Below are positions 1-14,211 of a stretch of DNA of 64,000 bases, piece after piece. The notes below the pieces were generated by a model that had not been told where the DNA came from, made no database searches, and saw nothing but the letters and a program-made list of their open reading frames with translations. The position numbers and the translations under genes are program-made. Location of the stretch: NCBI GenBank assembly GCA_964252035.1, contig OZ176201.1. One strand, written 5' to 3'. Numbering within the stretch: position 1 is the stretch's first letter; each line of letters starts with the position of its first letter. The DNA comes from Podarcis erhardii. Lineage: Eukaryota.

Positions 1-1165
1 TCAAGGATGAGTCGATAAGCCTTTTAGAATAAACCAATAAACTGTTTCATTGAGGATACTGGAATTATACTCCTGACATACACATTTATTGCTTGAATAT
101 TAATTACCATTCCATCACATTATCTCAGCTAATACCCACTCTTTGTAACCAAATTACTATTTGCTGATCTAGATATTCCGGTGGTTAAGGCTAGTCTAAC
201 TCCATTACAGTAAGTGCCCTCAGTTTCCTGCAATATTCACTTGTTGTATAGATATACATAAAATATACATATACATATTTATCACTGCAGACTGCAAACC
301 ATACCTAGTGGATCAAAGAGGATAAAAATTACCCAGATTTGCACAATTAATCAGAAATAGGATAGTGGTGACAATTATACATTATTTATTCATGGCAATG
401 TAAGGTAATATAAGACTACTGCAAGTGTAAAACAGCTTATATTTGTAGGGCAAAATATGCAATGGAAAGGCCAAATTTTCTTGGGTTGAACATCACAGTC
501 CAAATGAAGTGCACTACTGACTCAGGTAACCATTTCCTCCTTCTACCATGTAGCTATAGCCCAAATATGCCAGCACAAACTATGCAACAATATCTGATGC
601 AACTTTGATCCATAATTTATATCTATGCTAATATGCCATTTGTACACATTTCATGCCTAATGAGTCTGACCAATGGCTTCAACAGATCTGTGGCACCCTC
701 TGAGGATAGGCCTCTTTATTTTTAGCATATTGGAAGATTCTTCACATTTCTCCCCACGTCCCCACCATGGATAAAGAACATTTGTCTAGGCTTTAATAAG
801 TTAATGCTCTTTGCTCAGCTAAGCTAAACTGCTTAATTAAAAGGTCAGCAGAGTACACTGCAAAATGTTATAAAGGATAAATGCTTCCATTTCAACAAGA
901 TGAGAACATAGAGTATTTACAGCACAATCCGTTACATGCCTACTCAGAAGTAAGTCCCACTGCGTTCAATAGCCCTTACACCGGGGTAAGTGGGTATAGG
1001 AATGTGACCTTAAATTCCTTTAAAATGTTTAAACCGACAGTAAACATTTCTTTGTTCGCATTTAGACTTGATAACATAAGATACAACAAACAGGGCTGCC
1101 AGAATCTATAGCTGCCTTTTCCCAACCTAGTGGCCTCTGGAGGTTTTTAAGTACATCTCTCATCA

Positions 1166-1534
<369 letters not shown>

Positions 1535-2574
1535 TTAGTATAGTATTCAGTCAGATGAAGCATGCAATGATTAAAGGGCAAAGAGAGAATTATGAGCACT
1601 ATATATCAATTAAAGAAGCTTATGTAAGCGGGTCATGATTTTTCAAAGACATTTCTCTGGCAGAAATAATAATCACTTTTATGTTCTTCAAAAAGCAATT
1701 TCCCCCAGTCAGTAGCTCCATTAGAAAACAACCAAACATTACTTTAATTTACTACTTTACTGAGCAGTAGGGCACAGAGGAACAGACACCAGTCCCCTCC
1801 TTGCCTATCCTATGAACGTTGGAAGGGAGGGTGGCATCAAGAAGGCCCTGTGTTCTTTTACTTTCCTTCCTGATGCCTTTGAGTGGATAGCAAAAGGGGA
1901 AAGCAATATACTTTTCCTTCTCTGGCAGAAGGGGTACCAGTTACCACACACCATTTCCCCCCTTAAAGTATTGTGCATAATAACACCCCAGTACTCTTTT
2001 CAATAACTGGAAGGGAAAAGAGAAAGGAATTGTGTAGCAGACAGTGGAGAGGGGAGAGCAGAGAGGGAGAAAGGGCACTCAGGTGGACAGGGCTGATTTA
2101 AAAGGCTGATGCAAAACCATGATTTGTGAAACCATGATCTAATTGCCTTTTCTGCTGCCTGTGAGGTCTACTTGCCAATAAAATAAAATAGAATCTGGAG
2201 GTTTCTTCCCTTTATATTAGGCTTTTGAGGTTATTCACAATGAAAGATCAATCTCTGCGAAGTACAATAGACTAATGCAGGTGCCATGGTAAGAACGTAT
2301 GACCCATGCTAAAAGCCTTTTTATTAAAATGCATTGCCATATGGCATCAGGGTAAAAATGTTTATGATTGTTCAAATGAGAGAGGGGCAGAACCAGGCAA
2401 TTAAAATGCAGAGGGACAGGTATCAATTCAAAGAGGATACTTTGGATAAAACATATGTGCCAGAGATATTTGCAAAGACACACCATGCACAGGAGTTTAA
2501 AAGCTAATACTGGAAGCCACTGATTCAAGTTGTGTGAGCTGTTGTACTTTGTTTTAAATGATAGCATAGATACA

Positions 2575-2860
2575 AAGAGCATAATGGAAACCTGCTGGGA
2601 TGGAGAGAACCAGTGGGCATTGGTTATTTCTGGATACAAACTCTACAGAAAGGACCGGGAAGGGTGTGTTGGAGGTGGCATCACTCTGTACATCAAAGAG
2701 GCATACAGTCCCAAAAGCTAGAGATCTCAAAAGGGCTGAGTCTTCCACAAAATTACTGTGGATGGCAGTATCAGGTCCCCAAGAGTAGCTTACTACTGAG
2801 CATATAGTATCATCCTCCTGACCAAAACGCCCAGGGTGATTCTGAGATGGACAATGAAAT
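2575..2860 (+). mobile_element. CR1 LINE APE-endonuclease fragment
   Basis: ETCWDGENQWALVISGYKLYRKDREGCVGGGITLYIKE and YHPPDQ motifs, degenerate. Confidence 0.75.
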
Positions 2861-4168
2861 TTTCCTCATAATCTAATTAGCTATGTCACATATCCATAAA
2901 ACAGCAAACAGTCAACAAATAAAGCCAGGTCTTTTTAGTACCTTGGTTAGCTGTATAATGTAGGAAAACTTGACATATTTCATAACCCGATGCAACACAG
3001 AAATAAATGCCATCTTGGTACCTGACACAAGCTAACATGGGAAGCTTCTGCACTCCTAAGGTTGCTTGTTTTAACTGAACATTGCAATTGCATATTTAAT
3101 TCCTTTGGCTGTATTCCAGTGCTCAGTTAAGTGCACTCAAAACCTCATTGAATGGCCTTTAAAACATAATAACAGGTAAACAAAAAAGATCCAATGTTTA
3201 ATTTATAAGATTTTAGTCAATGAAGCAAACATGAAGAGGAGGTCATCAGGGTTAAATTTCCTAGCCTATTTGTAGATCATATGTTTTGGCATTGTGTCAA
3301 ATAGGCATCAATAACATTTTCACGTGGTGCAACTCCCAGAACAAAAGCCTCTCTTTAATAGAGTTAGGCAATATGCCAACATAACATTCTCATCTACAGG
3401 ACTGTTTTTAGAAAACATCATTTTGGAATTTAAAATCTGTGTTGATTTTTCAAGGAAGAACCATGAGCTGACAGATTTCCGCCCCCCTCCCCGCCCCCTA
3501 GAAGAAGGCCCTGCTTCACTGTTCCTTTGTAGTAAGGAAATATATAGAACAAGTGGGTCCAGGAATAAGACAACCCACTTGCCAAGTGTAGAATGCTTCA
3601 TTAAAGCATATTTATATGAGTGCATTCTGCTGATTAAGGTGTACCACTAATCAATAGGAACCTTAGCATTCAACAGCAATTCTTCATCAAAGTAATGTAT
3701 ACATAATTCTATAAATTTGGGCCAATATGTCATGAGCTGGCATGCAGTACGCAGTACAGCACATCAAAACTGAAAATATTGTGGCACTTGCTTTCTGGAT
3801 GGTAGTAGTCTTCCACATTTTGTCATGTCATTTTATTTTAGACAATGAATTGAGTAATATTTCAAGGAATAATAAAGGACTTATAATCAATAGACACTTT
3901 CCTTCTAGATGAGCATATCCTAGACAATTAAAATAATAATAGATTATAGTATAGCAGATAAATAGTTAAGAACCTCCTTCTGGAACAGTCTTTCTGAATT
4001 GCGGGCATAGCTGTAAATGTATATGGGGAAATGATTTTTTCCTGGTTTTTCTTTTTCTCTGAAACTGCACTTAGCTTATGCACAAAACAATTGGCGAGCA
4101 TCCCTTTCTTTAAAATCCACATAGCGTACACTTAAATATGCAACAGATGCTTCATATCTGCTACTTAC

Positions 4169-4330
4169 TCCAACACATCCCGGTTAAACTGCTTTTGTCG
4201 ATTTCCGAGGAATTCTCCAATCATCTGTCTGCTGAGTCCTTTTCTCTGCAGAAGGAAATGAGCAACTCCAACAGGCGTATCTGGCACAAAGCCTCTCTCA
4301 ATTAGGTACTGGATTCCTTTTTCAGGTTTT
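4169..4330 (-). CDS. IQSEC1: IQSEC1 Sec7 exon ([53 protein letters not shown])
   Basis: Acceptor cttgtag|A at 4330, donor GA|gtaagt at 4169. 162 nt, phase 2 to phase 2. Sec7 helices recognisable. Confidence 0.96.
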
Positions 4331-4586
4331 CTACAAGAAGAAAAAAACCCCAAATCTCCCATTAGCCACTTTCACCACAACATAATCAGGGGCATATGTA
4401 TTTTTATTGTGTGTGTGCGCGTGTATAATATTTGTTGCTGTATACCACTTAGATTTCTTTAAGGAAATTGTGCTATATAAATATTTTCATAAATAAATTT
4501 AAAATAAATAAAATAAAGATTGGGGTTGTTTTAGGGCTCTTCCACAATCAACACAAGTATCTTTTAATTTCTAAGGCAGAGGTATA

Positions 4587-4786
4587 CAGTCGTACTTCGG
4601 AAGTCAAATGCCTAGCGAGTTAAACCTTTTGGCTCCCGAATGCCGCACGTTCTTTAGAACCCAAATGTCTGACACAGCTTCCGTGGCTTCCTGCAGCCAA
4701 TCGGAAACCTTGTCTTGGTTTCCGAATGTTTTGGAAGTCGAACGGACTTCTGGAACAGATTCTATTCGACTTCAGAGATATAACTG
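4587..4786. mobile_element. Tc1-mariner/Tigger-type MITE
   Basis: TA flanks and degenerate TIRs cagtcgtacttc / gatataactg. Internal sequence shared with 19972-20203. Confidence 0.7.
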
Positions 4787-5672
4787 TACAACTTAAATCA
4801 TTTGAGGACCAAATTTACTGTTATTACCAGTGGGGAGTAACAATACTGCAGCAGCTATGAAAAAGTATGTGCATCACATCTTTAACATAGTGCTTTTTAA
4901 AACTTACACCTGCCATTTATTTCTGCAAATCTTAGCAGACTCACAGTTCTTGCTTTGCACAGACCTTTCTCTCAACAGCACCCCCTCCCACCCCTATGTG
5001 AGAAGCACTGATGAACAATACCAAGTAACCCTCTGGTCCTGCTTCTACCACAAACAGTATGCTGTTTGAAACAGTATTAAACAAATGCTCCTGGAAAGCA
5101 GACAAGCTGTGGCATCGAGTCAGTAGCCCTTCCTTGTTTTTCCCAGCATCTGGAGCGGATATAGCCTTTAAATTCTAAGATTCAATTTAGCTACTGTAGT
5201 GGACAGCTTTTTTAAATATAACATTGGTTTTTTAAAAAATTATTTTCATATTTAAACTGTTTAACATGGTTGCATCAAGATATATCTTTGTTTACAATGG
5301 AGCACATGCCACGCAGCAATTGCATAAAATAAAAAATAAAACAATGAACACTCAGATAAACGTTTCTACATATATAAACGAAGTTGTGTCGAAGTGTATA
5401 TACCAAAATTATTATGATTATTACAGAAATGATGTATAGTAATGTGTATTGCTCTGATTGGTGACCATAAATAAAATGAATTTTGTATCAATAACAATTA
5501 GAATTTATAGGAAAGGAGGGGAGGGGGGAAATTAAAAATCACACTTCATGCACGCCAGACTGTGCTTTAAACTATGGGTACTGTTCTTCCATGTGTTGAA
5601 CAACTATTGCTTGATACATCACCCATGAGTTTTTTTCTAGTCCTTTTCAATAGTCATCACCACTCCTTATAG

Positions 5673-5818
5673 TAGAATCATAGAATCATAGAGTTGGAAG
5701 AGACCACAAGGGCCATCGAGTCCAACCCCCTGCCAAGCAGGAAACACCATCAGAGCACTCCTGACATATGGTTGTCAAGCCTCTGCTTAAAGACCTCCAA
5801 AGAAGGAGACTCCACCAC
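5673..5818 (-). mobile_element. CR1 LINE 3' end
   Basis: Plus strand (tagaatca)n followed by gagttggaagagaccacaagggccatcgagtccaacccc, i.e. the reverse complement of the CR1 octamer tail. Confidence 0.8.
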
Positions 5819-6384
5819 ATATGTAGTACATATGTAGCATGTAGTACTGAATTCAGTAATCAATTGTTTGCTTTTGTTTGCAAGGGAGCATCATGGGGTG
5901 GGGAAGAGGGAGGCAATCTGGGGACGGGGCAGGATCCAGCTCCTCCTTATAGCACTCCTGCCACTTTACTCCCTATCACATTACTCCCTAATTTGGATAG
6001 GGCCTAGTTTGGCCCTGAGCTACAATAGCAGCACTTTAAAGTCACCCTGTAGCAAGTAAACAGTCAGGGGTGGGAGTCATAATTGGGAATTGCAATATGC
6101 TGGCCTATACCAGTGTGTTAATTTTGGAGGTCATCTATGTGATTAGAAAGTGGGGGACAGAAATCAAACACATGTTCTGGTCAAAGTGGTCCTTTTACCT
6201 GACTTACAGATGATGTAGGATTTGAATACACATTTTAGAAAATGCTCTTAGTTGAAGTTTAGTTACATTACTACTTCCATATTAAGAGGATGATCATACT
6301 TCAAGGTCAGTGGGGTTTTGCTCTGAAAGAAGCTGAATGGGGTTTGAATTGAGCTTCTGAGAGCGAGGATTTAAATGCATATGC

Positions 6385-6434
<50 letters not shown>
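6385..6434. repeat. Compound (GT)n(GA)n microsatellite
   Basis: Direct reading. Confidence 0.95.
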
Positions 6435-6439
<5 letters not shown>

Positions 6440-6476
6440 TGTATGTATGCATGTGTGTGTCAACACACACACACAT

Positions 6477-6685
6477 GTACCTCCGGTTGCGGACGGGATC
6501 CGCTCTGGAGATCCGGTTGGATCCCGAGGTTTCCGCAACCGGAGGTACCGTTTCTGTGCACGCGCACGGCGCGGAAAAGTGCTTCTGTGCATGCGTGCAC
6601 AGCAAAACCCGGAAAAATAGTTCTGGGTTTGCTGTGTGCATATCCTGAAGGATACGCAAGAAGAGGTGCACGTAAGTAGAGGTAC

Positions 6686-6689
<4 letters not shown>
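6477..6689. mobile_element. Tigger-type MITE between CA/GA and TA microsatellites
   Basis: Right TIR gaggtaccact runs into (TA)n. 17-bp inverted repeat at 6477-6493 / 6532-6548. Confidence 0.7.

Positions 6690-6730
<41 letters not shown>
6689..6730. repeat. (TA)n microsatellite
   Basis: Direct reading. Confidence 0.95.
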
Positions 6731-6734
<4 letters not shown>

Positions 6735-7025
6735 CTCTTGAAACAACAAGGAATATTTCAGCATCCAATGTGCTACAAAAGCACTGTTGCCTGCTCTGTT
6801 GTTGTTTATCAAATTTGTAGATCTCAGGGTGGTTCAAAACATAAAAACACAAGATAAAAACAGAAATTGCACAAATGGGTTTTTTGTCTTTTTTTGTAGG
6901 AAATGTATGCTTTTTATGCAGTCTGCAGTTTCTGAAAAAAGTACAAAATAAAACAAAAATCCCCCTATCCCGCAATTACATTCAACACTGGCTGTGTTTA
7001 CATTCTCTCTAAACCATGGTTTATG

Positions 7026-7268
7026 CAGGGGTCAGCAAACTTTTTCAGCAGGGGGCCGGTTCACTGTCCCTCAGACCTTGTGGGGGACCAGACTATATGG
7101 GGGGGGGGGGAATGAATGAATTCCTATGCCCCATAAATAACCCAGAAATGCATTTTAAATAAAAGGACACATTCTACTCATGTAAAAACATGCTGATTCC
7201 CGGACCATCTGGATTTAGAAAGCGATTGGGCCGGATCCAGCCCCCGGGCCTTAGTTTGCTTACCCATG
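7026..7268. mobile_element. hAT-type MITE
   Basis: TIRs caggggtcagcaaact / agtttgcttacccatg. gtttaYg on both flanks (imperfect TSD). Confidence 0.7.
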
Positions 7269-8300
7269 GTTTACGGGGTTGGGGATTGGTTATGTGCTCA
7301 TGTTCCTCCACTTCAGTTTAATACAGTACTTCCTAATTGTTAAACTACAGTTTGCTATGCTATCCAACCAGAAAGCTCTAGTTTGATACATCCCTCCAAA
7401 TCAGCATTGAAAAAGAAATAAAAACCAGTGGTTTGCAATCTTGATTTGGGCTAATCACTCAAACCATAGTGTGCAAGTTCTGACATCACAGCAAACTGAG
7501 GTTTCTGAAACAAGTTGGTATTTTATTAAGCCAGGAGTGTGAGGGAAGGATTGAAATGTAGAAAGAGGGAGAATGTACATAAAGAGCTTTCCCCCAATCC
7601 TCCAAACCATGCTTTGAACAAGCAATATGGTATCTGAATGCACTGAATGCTAAATGCAAGATTGAGACTGAAGTAGTCAAGGCAGACAGAGATTATGCAT
7701 TTATCCGCTGCTATGTAAACATCAAAAGGTTTGTGTACTGCAACAGTGACTAACCACAATTCAATATTTTCATTGTGTTCTCCATTTTCTAAGGTATTAC
7801 AAATATCTGAAAATGCAAATGGATTTCCAACTTTGCAGACGGAGGATGCAGCTTTCTGCTCAGACATGTGAAATCAATTTCCAAGAACAAGGTGACCCTG
7901 CTATTTTTATACCAAGATGGTCATGTAACCACATCTTTCCTCATGTAGGTTATTGTCAATAACATTACCAAATCTCCTAACATGCTTACTCTGCTGGACT
8001 TTACTAGTAAAAATTTGATATCTGGTAAGTAAAAGAAACAATCAGACTTTTACCCTCATAGCTGAGTACCATAGAAAAACTGCCTCATCATCATGTCTTA
8101 AAATCTGCCTGCCTGAAAGTTTACATCTGAAACAAAAAGAATATGTGCTGTTATTCCCACAAGGGCAAGCTAAGATAATATTTCCTTTATTCAAAATATT
8201 TTCTCCTCTGAGCAAACAGAAGAAACTAAAGCTACAATCCTAAACACACATACTATTGAGTAAGCTACACTGAGGTCAGTGGGATTCACTTCAAGTAGGT

Positions 8301-8337
8301 CTATGGGGTCACGAAGAGTTGGACACGACTAAACGAC

Positions 8338-8380
<43 letters not shown>
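8301..8380 (+). mobile_element. BovB/RTE-type 3' tail with expanded (AAC)n
   Basis: ctatggggtcacgaagagttggacacgactaaacgactaaacaacaac... Confidence 0.75.
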
Positions 8381-11300
8381 ACATGCTTAGGATTCTGAAT
8401 CAGAATTATTTTCTCCATCTGAACTCATTGGTTCTGTACAAAGTGGAACAAGGTGAGATCTATACATTACAACAAGCTTTGTTCCTTTGGCTGAATAAAG
8501 ATGTACAACTTGCTTGTACAGTACATCTCAATCTTTTCTTTTGGGAACACACCATAATATTCTTTCAGGTTTTGAGGCAACTGAACCTACTAGTCAAAAA
8601 TATGAAAGACAATGCTTTACCAATACCATTCATGTCCTGAAGGACTGTATTTTAATTATTCTCTAGAAAGAAAGATTAATGGTTCTGAAGAAGGCTGTTT
8701 TAAAGCTGGACTTTCGGGAAAGAAATAGATGGTCAAATGGAAAGAAGGCAAAAGGCAAATATCAAATTAGAAAAGGGGATTTTTATTTGTGCTATTTTTA
8801 GTCGTTCAAACATGACTGGGCATAATGAACATATAAAAATGTGTTTTTGCAGAATATCATTACAGTAATGCAAAAGAATGGAGAATATGTTATGCTGTAG
8901 AATTATTTCCATGTGGAAAATGCTACAGAAAACACACACCATAACATGGATTGTTGACCTGGCCAGTAATGTATTTGCTCATGTAACTGAGGGCAGGACT
9001 GCAGCCATGTGAGCCAATGTAGAAAAGTGGTTAAGAGTGCTGGCCAGGGTTCAAATTGCCACTCACTGATTTTGTGAGGATAAAATGGGGAAAGGGAGAA
9101 GTATATGTGCTGCCTTGAGCTCCTTGGGGAAAAGAAGCAATATAAAAGTAATAATAAATAAAATAAAATAAAAATAATGAAGGCAAAAGGGTTGGTACAT
9201 TTTTAAAGTGAGTGTCTTCTGCACAGGATCACACATTTTAAAGTAGTAGTTTCAAAATTCTATGCTGTTCCTTTTTCACTGGGTGCCAGCTCTGATTCCA
9301 GTGTTATTCTAAAGGTGCTAGTTTTTCTATGGACAGAGGGGGTAAATACGGATTGATAGTCTGCTAATATATGCAGAGAGCCACTTGGTTAGACACTAAC
9401 CCATATTGTGTTGCGGATGAGTAACAAGAGCCACTTACAGTATGTATCTGAGCCAATATCTAGGAAAGCAGAGAAATCACATGGCAGGAAAATATAGAAG
9501 ACTAGCTAAAGTAGTGGTTCCATGCACACTGTAGCTAGTTACTACTTGAATTAAGGGCAGTTTATATTTACTTGGCCACACCATCTTTGGTAGACACGAT
9601 CAAATAATTCAAGAGCAGAAAAGCATGTAAACCTCTTTGTTCAGATTTAAAACTTCTTTTCAGTTTTCCCCACTTCAGTTTCTTAAGCTTAATTGTATAG
9701 CTTAGTTCTTAATACTTGGGTTCTAAAACAAGATGGTACTTTCTGTCAGTTTCCTAACCTTCTATTAATCACACCCCTGAGGCTCCTCTAGCAGTATAAT
9801 AGACCTAGGGGATCACCAAATGCCTCCTAATTGGTTTGGGATTCTTCTCTTTCTCAAGACGTTCTATCCCTTTCTTACTGAATGGAGACCCAAGTAGTGT
9901 TCACTAATAACGCTACTTCTCCTGTTCCCAATTCAGCTTCCCAGTTTTTCTCTTGTCTGTATACTCCTGAAAAAGGACACTAATTGCTGTATTTCAAACT
10001 AAGCTCAGAGACTTCCTTCTCTGGCTGCAGAGTGGATCTCTCACACACAGCTCAGGAGCTATACTTCTACCCTGCTGAACACCAAGAACACCCAACTCCC
10101 AACTCTCAATCCCCTTTTCTTTTCCCCCTGCCAAAGTGCTTGCTGTATCTACAGCCAATCAGGTGAGCCTACAGCTCAGCACTCACCAAACTCCGGTCTT
10201 GCTGAGCTTTCCGTCCCACCCCTGCACTTGTTACATGGCAATAGTTGTGGCTGGCTGGGAAGCAGCCATTCTCAATTTCCATTCTAATGTCCCAGACACT
10301 ATGGCTGGGTTCAGATGGCAACCAAGCCAAACTATGCCTCATGCTCACTGCAAGCTAAATTACCAATGAGAAAGCAAAGCAGCCACAATCACTTCGCCAG
10401 GAGCCTGCATGAACTCTTATGTTCACACTAAGCCAGTGCTACTTGTGTACTTGTGTGACATTGTTAATGGAAGCTCCCCAGACCCAGCTGCCCGGCAATG
10501 CAACTCCAGCATCTGTCTGGGTGGGCCAGATCCTGGCACCAGACCTGTCTACAAGGTATAGACTTTGTTGTCCATTACGAGATTATCAAAGACCCACAGA
10601 AGGTCTTTATGAGGACTGTTTAAAATGTCACAAGTAGCAAGCAAGTTTTTGAATTCTCCAGAACTCTTCTACAGGCTGGAAATTAAACAAAACAGCAGGG
10701 AGGAAGGAGATAAGAAAAGCCCCAAAGCCTTCGCTTTGTAATAGTCTTAAAATGGAGTGTGGAAGGTGTGTTGGCATGTGCTGCTAAGTGAATAACTATT
10801 TCCAGTTGTGCAGAGAAACCCTGGGACAAAGAAACAATAAGGACAGCCCCACTCCAATTCTTTAAACAGGCCTTAGGATAAGGTTACCAGATTTCTTTCA
10901 ATGAATCCAGGGACACTTTTCAACTTCAATGGATTTTGTCGAAACGGGGATGTCTGGTAACCTTACATTAGGACTGAATGCCAGAAACTAGGGAGGCTAC
11001 AGCAATTTGATGCATGATGGAGAACTACTTGTGGAAATCAACTGCTTACCCAAATACCATTTTTTAATATATTGTTGCTTGTTTCCCCCCTCCCCATTTC
11101 TGATGCTTCCGTTCTTTAGCCATATTGTCTCTAATCGTCACATGCTGCAGTCCCTCTCTTCCCTCTTGCAATGCATTCACTACTAATAAATTTTCATTCT
11201 CTAAATAGCTGAAAAGGCAGCTGCCTCTGCTTTTCACTTGGATAATCTAACCAGCCTGAATTCCAGGGAACAGTAAATGAACTGGCAAATCCTGACCTCC

Positions 11301-11872
11301 ATAATTACAATCAGACATATGCTTGGCCTTCCCTTTTTATAGTGGGCACTTCACAACAAAATTATATCCCCATCAGCTCTCTAGGTATTGTGGCAAGAGA
11401 ATTGTGCTTAATCCTAACATGGAGCTCTGTTATAGCAAATTGTGTGCTTGGAATGTTTAATACTAGATGGACCTGATTGGATGGGAGTGATGTAATGACT
11501 CGATTCCAGTTTCTGAGGCTATTCCAAGCTGCTAATAATGGACTCCATAGCCTTTTGAAGGCTGGATTTTCAATATTAGGGAAGATTTATATATTCTCTG
11601 TAAATGACTATAAAGGATCCCCTCCCTACATTTTTTAACGCAGCCAGCATTTCACTAAACTATAGCCTGAACTGATTCACGCTATGAGCCTTTTCCTCTC
11701 TATGCATATTACTGGGTATTTATTTAAAAGAGAAAAGTCATAAAAAAGTCTTTCTGTTGTTATTATGGAATAATCTACACTCCAGGTGTTGTAAAGATAC
11801 TCTTTTATACTAAACTCCCAATAGGCTGGCATTCACTTTCCTGAAGACCTTTAACAGACATTTCTCATATTT

Positions 11873-11940
11873 AATAGAATCATAGGATTGTAGAGCGAGA
11901 AGGTACCCCGAGGGTCATCTAGTCCAACCCCCTGAGTCCT
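11873..11940 (-). mobile_element. CR1 LINE short 3' end
   Basis: tagaatcatagg..gggtcatctagtccaacccc. Confidence 0.6.
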
Positions 11941-12793
11941 GTGTCCAATTTGAAACATTTGCTTAGCTTTGCAAATGTGATAGCAGTTGCATTGCAGTAG
12001 CACTATGAGATAACTTGTAAAAAGTTTGGAAGCAAAATGGGCTGTAGCCTGCTTAGATGCAACTTTACACCAAGAGTTTGCAAAGCTTGTTAAAATACAC
12101 CTGTATGTTAAAGGTGCATCTTTCTTTGGAAGCAATCCTACTTGCATATAAGGTGCATGAGATTATACTGTTTTTTGGCTGAGTCCTCACTATGGTTCTC
12201 TTCACAGCTGATATTTGGAAGAAGAAGAAATTTCTGCAAATGTGATGCAAAAGTTGGCTGTGCATGATGCTGGAATGTCACTCTGCCCATGTCATCAAGA
12301 AAGCTTCTACACATTATTTATTTGAAATTATTCACACTCCAGTCTTCTGCTCTAATGAAACCAGAGCAACTTACAATAAACAGTAAAACAATATAAAAAC
12401 AATATAAAAGTAAGCAAGTGACAGAAAACAGTAAAACCTGCAGCTGCCCAAATAATACAGGCAACCCCCCATTTAAACGTGGGGTTTACGTTCCTAGTCA
12501 GTGAAATCATGTATATTTGAAACCCACTGAAAAAGACCGCAAACACCCTGTTCAGTCCCGCCCTTTTAGTGATGTTTCAGTTAAATCTTTATGATGTTTC
12601 CAGGTCACTTCTGGGTTCAACGCAATGCGCATATACACAGTCACACACATATTGAATGGATGTAAACTTGGGGGGGACAGGACCTATCTGTATACCAAAC
12701 GCACCAGGTATGGAACCTATGAGGTCAGAGGTGGAAGGGGGCTTGCAATCTATGCTAGTGCTTAGCAGCGCTTTGACTGTCATCTTAAAACAA

Positions 12794-12794
<1 letters not shown>

Positions 12795-12852
<58 letters not shown>
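12795..12852. repeat. (AAGC)n microsatellite
   Basis: Direct reading. Confidence 0.95.
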
Positions 12853-12853
<1 letters not shown>

Positions 12854-13825
12854 ACACAGCAGGCAATGGAGAAATTGCATTTGGCCTTTAGCCAAAAACT
12901 ATCTGATCTTCTAATTATGTCAAATCACTTACAGGCCAATGCAACAAAAAATTATTTTATACCCCTCATCCGTTGTAAAACCTTACATCACACATTACCT
13001 AATTTAATGGTTCACTGCATGTTCACATGACTGGGAATAAGAGGACCTGCACATGGCTATGCTTTCTCAGTGTTCCTTCTTAAAAATACTTCACAGTAAC
13101 AGAGGTAGGAACTGTGCGATGCTCAAGCTGTCTGATGTGATTCACAACACTAAGCAAACTGCATGTACGTAACTCATAAAGTCCTTTATTCCTGGAATAT
13201 GGATGATTCAACATGTGTCAGAAGAATGCGGAAACCAACTAGACAAGAAAGCTGAACTGGAAAAAGCGAACAACTAACAAAACTCATACAGCAAGCCAAA
13301 ATAAGATTATTGTGTAATGTTTCTAGTCTGTGTAGCACTCCTAGTTTGGCTTTTTGAAATCTACCACATCATCAAGAAAAAGCAGGCATTTATTCTGCAT
13401 TGAAACCAATCAGTATAGCGAAATTTAAAACATCTTATGGTCTCTCCCACATGGAATATTGTATTGGGATTAGTTTTTCAGTAACAGCCTCAGAGTACTT
13501 TGAAAAGTAAAAAATGACAGGAGGCACCTGATAATTCCATGGAGCGATAATCCTCACAGTTATTTATCTGTGCAACCTTTTTCTTGTGAGACCTCAAAAG
13601 GGGTGTGCCTGCATCACAACAAGATGCATCAGCAGCTAACAACAACACAGATCAATAAGCTAACTGAAGGGGAAAGAGAGGAATTTTTGGTATCAGGTTT
13701 GTCTAAACCAGCATCATAGTATTTCAAAGTTAAAACCAAACTGAATGGTTTAAAAGCATTAAAACTTTAAAAAAAATGTTTCCAAACCACATTTTCTTTT
13801 GGGCCTTAATTAAAACATTATTTCT

Positions 13826-14211
13826 CCTTCATGGATCACTGCCTTGTCGTGGCAAAGGGGCTTGAATAACTCAGAGAAGCTATGAGCTATGCTGTGCAGA
13901 GTCCCGTAGATTGCAAGAAGATCAAACCTATCCATTCTTAAGGAAATCAGCCCTGAGTGCTCACTGGAAGGACAGATCCTGAAGCTGAGACTCCAATACT
14001 TTGGCCACCTCATGAGAAGAGAAGACTCCCTGGAAAAGACCCTGATGTTGGGAAAGACTGAGGGCACAAGGAGAAGGGGACGATGGAGGACAGTGTTCTC
14101 GAAGCTACTAACATGCGTTTGACCAAACTGCTGGAGGCAATGGAAGACAGGAGTGCCTGGTGTGAACTGGTCCATGGGTTCATGAAGAGTCGGACACGAC
14201 TAAACAACAAC
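13826..14211 (+). mobile_element. Bipartite (internally deleted) BovB/RTE element
   Basis: About 70 nt of BovB-like 5' end (atggatcactgccttgtcgtggcaaaggggcttg) fused near 13898 to the RT C-terminus/3' end (ggacacgactaaacaacaac). 14-bp TSD aaaacattatttct at 13812-13825 and 14212-14225. Confidence 0.82.

Noticed and set aside
6294-6975. Cluster of overlapping 80-170-aa ORFs
   Set aside because: Artefacts of dinucleotide microsatellites and a GC-rich MITE (poly-YI, RE and SL tracts). The same applies to the ORFs over (AAGC)n and (TG)n.
13830-13899. HDV-like ribozyme at the RTE/BovB 5' end
   Set aside because: Some RTE elements carry one, but this copy is deleted right after gctatgagctatgctgtgcag and I cannot build the pseudoknot from what remains.
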